From: a virus | Virus record (IMG/VR): IMGVR_UViG_3300033984_000416 | Location: 57,433-121,432 of that record | Direction: 5' to 3' (one strand) | DNA: 64,000 nt | Shown: one piece after another, positions 59,930 through 64,000 of the stretch | Position numbering within the stretch: position 1 is the first letter of the stretch | Layout: each line of letters opens with the position of its first letter | The notes under the pieces: generated by a model | Database searches by the model: none | Told to the model about the DNA's origin: nothing | Seen by the model: the letters and a program-made list of their open reading frames with translations, nothing else | Program-made: the position numbers and the translations under genes

Positions 59930-60388
59930 ATGCCACAAGTTTACAACGGTCAACAATCACCATTAGAATATTACGCTATCAATGGTAATTCATTATACCC
60001 AGGTTCTGGAAGATTAGCAATAATCGGACAAACTAAGATTGGTACTGGAAAATATAACTTCCAAGGGCCATATAAAAACCCACAAATTACTGGTAACGCA
60101 AATGACCAATATGGTGCTACTAATACAAATGCATTAGCTGATGCGACAACACCATTCAACGGTAGAGGTACTGGTAACGGTGTCACTCAAGGTGTTTACG
60201 CTGCTAGTACTAACTATGCTGGTGGAAACACTGAAGATATTAACGGTGTTCCATCCCAAGCTGGTTCTGGTAGAAACCAAGAAATAACTCTTAATGCAGC
60301 GACATGGGGTTATGGTCCAGCAATTATTGCTGGTGGTAACTATGTTTCACCTAACACAGCTGGTAACGTAGGTCAAGTAGTTATCTAA
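59930..60388 (+). CDS. Gly/Asn-rich hypothetical, possibly structural (152 aa)
   Basis: ORF track; tight operon packing; composition. Confidence 0.7.
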   Translation: MPQVYNGQQSPLEYYAINGNSLYPGSGRLAIIGQTKIGTGKYNFQGPYKNPQITGNANDQYGATNTNALADATTPFNGRGTGNGVTQGVYAASTNYAGGNTEDINGVPSQAGSGRNQEITLNAATWGYGPAIIAGGNYVSPNTAGNVGQVVI

Positions 60389-60400
60389 AAAAAAATATTT

Positions 60401-60889
60401 ATGAAACTTTACAATCTATTCGAAGAAGTTATATTAGAAGAAACCCAAAAACACTTACAGATAATTTCTGAAGGTGTTTCTGGCAATGAAGTAGTTGCAG
60501 CGATAGATGGTAAATATAACGTTAATATTTTATATCGAGATTATAAAAATGCACCACCTAGCAAAAGGTACATACAAACATATGTATACGGAAAGCTAAA
60601 TAATGGTAATTATGCGATTAGAGCATACCAAATTTTTGGTGGTTCTAAAACAACACCATCAACTGGTGCGTGGAAAATTTTTAGATTAGATAGAATTGAA
60701 GGTTGGTACCCTACAAACATGAAATGGAACAAACCAGTTTCAGATTACGGTGCCGTTGGAGCATACAACGATAATGGAGATATGAAAGGTAATTTAATAA
60801 AAGGACAAAAAGTTAATACTTTTGCAACAATTATTAGACAATACAAACCAGAAGCTCCAGTAAATAATGTTGAAAAACAAGAAATATAA
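60401..60889 (+). CDS. Stand-alone WYL-domain protein
   Basis: VNILYRD...KRYIQTYVYG...AIRAYQ...WKIFRLDRIEGW. Confidence 0.7.
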   Translation: MKLYNLFEEVILEETQKHLQIISEGVSGNEVVAAIDGKYNVNILYRDYKNAPPSKRYIQTYVYGKLNNGNYAIRAYQIFGGSKTTPSTGAWKIFRLDRIEGWYPTNMKWNKPVSDYGAVGAYNDNGDMKGNLIKGQKVNTFATIIRQYKPEAPVNNVEKQEI

Positions 60890-60900
60890 AAGATAAGAAT

Positions 60901-61551
60901 ATGGAAATGCCAACACCAGTTAACTTAGGACCTTTACAAGCACTTTTAGCTAAGTCCAAACAAGTTATGTCAAAAGTTGAAGGTGAAAAACCTGTTAAAC
61001 AATCTGGAAATCAAATAAATGAGTCATATGAATCAGAAGTTTCATATAACGACTACGATTCACGTAATAGTTATAATGAGTCATCTGGTTTTGATGATGA
61101 TAGATTACCTAGCCACAATCAACCAGAATTATTAACCTCTGACCCAACACGTGTCTCAGATTATACTGAAGAACAAGTACGTGCATCTAAGATGCCAGAT
61201 GCGATTAAAGAAGCTATGTTGAAGAATAGAATTGCTAGACCACAAAGTTTTGGTACTGGGGTTTCAGCTGAAGAAATTTCTAGAATCACAGGTGCACCAA
61301 TTAGAAAACCAGCACAACAACAACAACAACAACAACAACAAAGATTAAACGAAAATCAAGCACCTAGACAAATTCAAAATTCAGATATGATTACATGTAG
61401 TAAAGCTGAATTAAAAGAAATGATAAACGAAGGGATATCAACATTCTTCAAACAAGTTTATGATAAAACACTTACCGAAGAAACAATCAAAAAAACAATT
61501 AACCTACTAATAAAAGAAGGTAAAATAGGTGTAAAAAAGAAAGTTGTATAA
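60901..61551 (+). CDS. Hypothetical protein (216 aa) with (CAA)9 poly-Gln at 61315-61341
   Basis: ORF track; SKMPDAIKEAM motif. Confidence 0.75.
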   Translation: MEMPTPVNLGPLQALLAKSKQVMSKVEGEKPVKQSGNQINESYESEVSYNDYDSRNSYNESSGFDDDRLPSHNQPELLTSDPTRVSDYTEEQVRASKMPDAIKEAMLKNRIARPQSFGTGVSAEEISRITGAPIRKPAQQQQQQQQQRLNENQAPRQIQNSDMITCSKAELKEMINEGISTFFKQVYDKTLTEETIKKTINLLIKEGKIGVKKKVV

Positions 61552-61566
61552 AAAAAATAATAAAAT

Positions 61567-61585
61567 AAAGTCCTTTTAGGGCTTT
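61567..61585 (+). terminator. Intrinsic terminator
   Basis: AAAGTCCT-ttt-AGGGCTTT then TTTT. Confidence 0.7.
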
Positions 61586-61653
61586 TTTTATTTACTATTG
61601 TTTTGATTTGTAATATATTTGCTTATTATAAAACTGTTTTTAAAAATAAAACT

Positions 61654-62883
61654 ATGAAAAAATTAAAAGTGCTAGTAGTACCTAGCGACAGAACTGGAGT
61701 TTCTTACTTTAGAAGTACTAATCCTCATATTGCATTAGAAAATAATTACCCAGATGAATTTCATATTGACGTTGATTATGAACCACAAATCAATAATGAT
61801 GAATGGTTAAAACAATATGATATTATTCATTATCATAGAACTATCGGTTCTTATGAACAAATGGCCTCTTTGGTGCAGAAATTTAAAAGCTTAGGAATCG
61901 TTTCTATTATGGACTTAGATGATTACTGGGCTCCAGGAATTCACCACCCAGCATATCTTTTGATTAAAAATGCTGAAATAGATAAAAAAATTCTAGAAAA
62001 TATTAAATCAGCCGAAAATGTAACAACAACCACATCTATATTTGCCAAAGAAATTGCTAAATATAATAAAAATGTACATGTGTTACCAAACGCTGTTGAC
62101 CCTAAAGAAAAACAATTTACACCAAAATTAGAGAAATCCGACAGAATTAGAATCGGTTGGTTAGGTGGTTCATCTCACTTAAAAGATTTAGAAATTCTTA
62201 ATGGAGTTGTAGGTCGACTTAGAACTGATAATTTATTAGACAAGGTACAATTTGTGTTATGTGGTTTCGATACTAGAGGTACACATACTCAAATTGATAG
62301 CGTAACCAAAGAACAAAAAACTAGACCAATTACACCAAGAGAAAGTGTTTGGTTTAAATACGAACAAATATTTACTGATAATTATCAAACTATTAGTCCA
62401 GAATATAAAGAATTCCTTATGAAATTTTCACAAGATGAATTCCCTAACGTTGCAAACGAACCATACCGTAGAGTTTGGACAAAACCAATTTCTACATATG
62501 CTTCTAACTACAATTTGTTTGATATTTCTTTGGCACCGATTGAAGAACACATCTTCAACCAAGTTAAAAGTCAATTAAAAGTGATTGAAGCTGGTTTTCA
62601 CCACAAAGCTATTATCGCTCAAGACTACGGACCATACCAAATTGATTTAACAAACGCTATTCAATATGGTGGTGGTTTTGATATGGAAGCCAACGGTATC
62701 CTTATTGATTCTAAAAAGAATGGTAAAGATTGGTACACAGCAATTAAAAAATTAATAACTAACCCAGAAGTTGTAACTGCATTGCAAGAAAACTTATACC
62801 AAACGGTTAAAGATACATACTCTATGGATAAAGTAACCGAAGATAGAAGAGCTTTGTACTTATCACTAGTTAATAAAAACTAA
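61654..62883 (+). CDS. Glycosyltransferase (GT-B fold, family 4-like)
   Basis: KVLVVPSDRTGVSYFRSTNPH, MDLDDYW, VHVLPNAVD, IRIGWLGGSSH, FDISLAPI...KSQLKVIEAG; TATATTTG at 61614-61621 places the start at ATG 61654. Confidence 0.85.
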   Translation: MKKLKVLVVPSDRTGVSYFRSTNPHIALENNYPDEFHIDVDYEPQINNDEWLKQYDIIHYHRTIGSYEQMASLVQKFKSLGIVSIMDLDDYWAPGIHHPAYLLIKNAEIDKKILENIKSAENVTTTTSIFAKEIAKYNKNVHVLPNAVDPKEKQFTPKLEKSDRIRIGWLGGSSHLKDLEILNGVVGRLRTDNLLDKVQFVLCGFDTRGTHTQIDSVTKEQKTRPITPRESVWFKYEQIFTDNYQTISPEYKEFLMKFSQDEFPNVANEPYRRVWTKPISTYASNYNLFDISLAPIEEHIFNQVKSQLKVIEAGFHHKAIIAQDYGPYQIDLTNAIQYGGGFDMEANGILIDSKKNGKDWYTAIKKLITNPEVVTALQENLYQTVKDTYSMDKVTEDRRALYLSLVNKN

Positions 62884-62887
62884 AACT

Positions 62888-63313
62888 ATGAACAAGAAAC
62901 AAGATTTATTAAATGTATTCAGCTTTATTGCTGAATTTTTAAGAGAAGAAGATTCCACAACAAATGTTGGAACTAAAAAATTATTAGTTGAAACTGCAAC
63001 TTTACCAAGCTTAGAAAAAGCTGAATCTAATATATTGAATCACTTAGGTGTTTTTCAGAGTGATACGATATCCAAGCTTAAATCACCAATCGATAACTTA
63101 GGTAAAGATGCCAAACATATCAAAGACCTTATGGATAGAGTTGACGCTAAAGATAAAGAACAAGCAGTAACAAATATCCTATTGAGTACTCAAAGAAAAA
63201 CTTTTGAAAATGAAATCAAAAATTTGAAAGAAGAATATAGTAAAAAGTTGGAAACCGAAAAAATTGAAGATGATGGAATCACTGGTGGTACTCAAACAAT
63301 TATTCGTGAATAA
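62888..63313 (+). CDS. Hypothetical protein (141 aa)
   Basis: ORF track; follows the GT. Confidence 0.7.
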   Translation: MNKKQDLLNVFSFIAEFLREEDSTTNVGTKKLLVETATLPSLEKAESNILNHLGVFQSDTISKLKSPIDNLGKDAKHIKDLMDRVDAKDKEQAVTNILLSTQRKTFENEIKNLKEEYSKKLETEKIEDDGITGGTQTIIRE

Positions 63314-63406
63314 TTAAAAAACATTAAATTTAACACCAAAAGACTTGATTTATTGAAATTAAAGTAGTATATTTGTATAAAATAACACTTCTTAAAACGA
63401 TATAGA

Positions 63407-63976
63407 ATGTCAATAGAACAAGAAAAAATTGTTTCAAATACAAAAAAATACTTTGAAACAGCAACAAAATTAGGTTTCATGAATAGTGACCTTATGGGTT
63501 ATTTAGGTGAATCTTTCATCAAAGCCCCAGCATCAACAATGGAAAGCTTGCATAACGCTTTTGAAGGTGGTCTTATTGACCATTTATTAAAAGTTGCAAA
63601 CTATGCTGTAAAATTCAATAATGCATTACCAGAAGGTGAAAAAGTAGACCAAACTTCTTTATTAAAAGTTTGTTTCTTACACCAAATTGGTAAAGCAAAT
63701 CTTTATACTCCATGTACATCAGACTGGCACCGTAAGAACCAAGGAAAGATGTTTGAATTTAATGAAGATTTGGTTTCAATGCGTGTAAGTGACCGTAGTG
63801 TTTACTATGCGTTATCACACGGTATTACTCTTACTGAAGAAGAATACCAAGCAATCATTATGTTCGATAGAGTTGATGATAAAATGGCTGAATACCATAA
63901 CTCAACTTTAGGTGAACTCTTAAAAATGGGTAATACTTTCGCAATAAAAAATGAAAAAATCAAAACTACAAAGTAA
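63407..63976 (+). CDS. HD-superfamily-like protein (YhaM-like) with altered motif (HQ instead of HD)
   Basis: APAS...HNAFEGGLIDHLLKV...CFLHQIGK; TATATTTG at 63368-63375. Confidence 0.6.
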   Translation: MSIEQEKIVSNTKKYFETATKLGFMNSDLMGYLGESFIKAPASTMESLHNAFEGGLIDHLLKVANYAVKFNNALPEGEKVDQTSLLKVCFLHQIGKANLYTPCTSDWHRKNQGKMFEFNEDLVSMRVSDRSVYYALSHGITLTEEEYQAIIMFDRVDDKMAEYHNSTLGELLKMGNTFAIKNEKIKTTK

Positions 63977-64000
63977 TGTTTGATTTAGAATATATGCGAG

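Noticed and set aside
1023-60186. Short antisense or overlapping ORFs in the track (e.g. 1023-1277, 9932-10216, 10862-11338, 17555-18154, 36977-37333, 45409-45966, 48792-49289, 56087-58228 set)
   Set aside because: Shadow frames of long genes, many produced by repeat codon patterns; no promoters or recognisable domains
61315-61341. (CAA)9 tract as a phase-variation switch
   Set aside because: Trinucleotide unit; slippage keeps the frame and only changes a Gln linker
1-64000. Stop-codon reassignment (TAG or TGA), as in some large phages
   Set aside because: Long genes are intact and tightly packed under the standard bacterial code; no fragmentation pattern
1-64000. Eukaryotic giant virus or bacterial contractile injection system locus
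   Set aside because: T4-like sheath, tube and neck genes together with polB, SNF2 helicase, Seg-like endonuclease and bacterial terminators indicate a tailed phage

Overview
A 64-kb, AT-rich fragment of a large T4-like (myovirus-type) bacteriophage genome, most likely infecting a Bacteroidota host. Host evidence: TAnnTTTG promoter boxes, A-rich leaders that mostly lack a Shine-Dalgarno, and a 'GFLPPRLTT..QR' motif typical of Flavobacteria. It holds the contractile tail and baseplate module (hub with two peptidoglycan hydrolase domains, LysM/gp53-like wedge, tube initiator with an OmpA-like insert, tape measure, gp26-like chaperone, tube, sheath) and the neck genes (gp13/14/15-like). It also holds two clusters of about 12 repetitive fibre-like genes, a family B DNA polymerase, an SNF2 helicase, a glutaredoxin, a GIY-YIG homing endonuclease, a WYL protein, a glycosyltransferase and an HD-like protein. 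The most notable unexplained items are: (1) a ~750-nt highly structured non-coding RNA (GOLLD/ROOL size class) next to the sheath gene; (2) a collagen fibre tipped with a circularly permuted DUF3494 ice-binding-like domain; (3) a homing endonuclease inserted into the 5' end of a neck gene, leaving three copies of its N-terminal motif; (4) a promoter + pure-AT triple repeat + terminator unit with no ORF (origin candidate); (5) a probable programmed +1/-2 frameshift in the tail chaperone; (6) a late-gene motif that is the reverse complement of the T4 late promoter; (7) a GC-rich switch-like RNA element between two fibre-cluster genes. All family assignments come from motif recognition by eye; no database searches were run.
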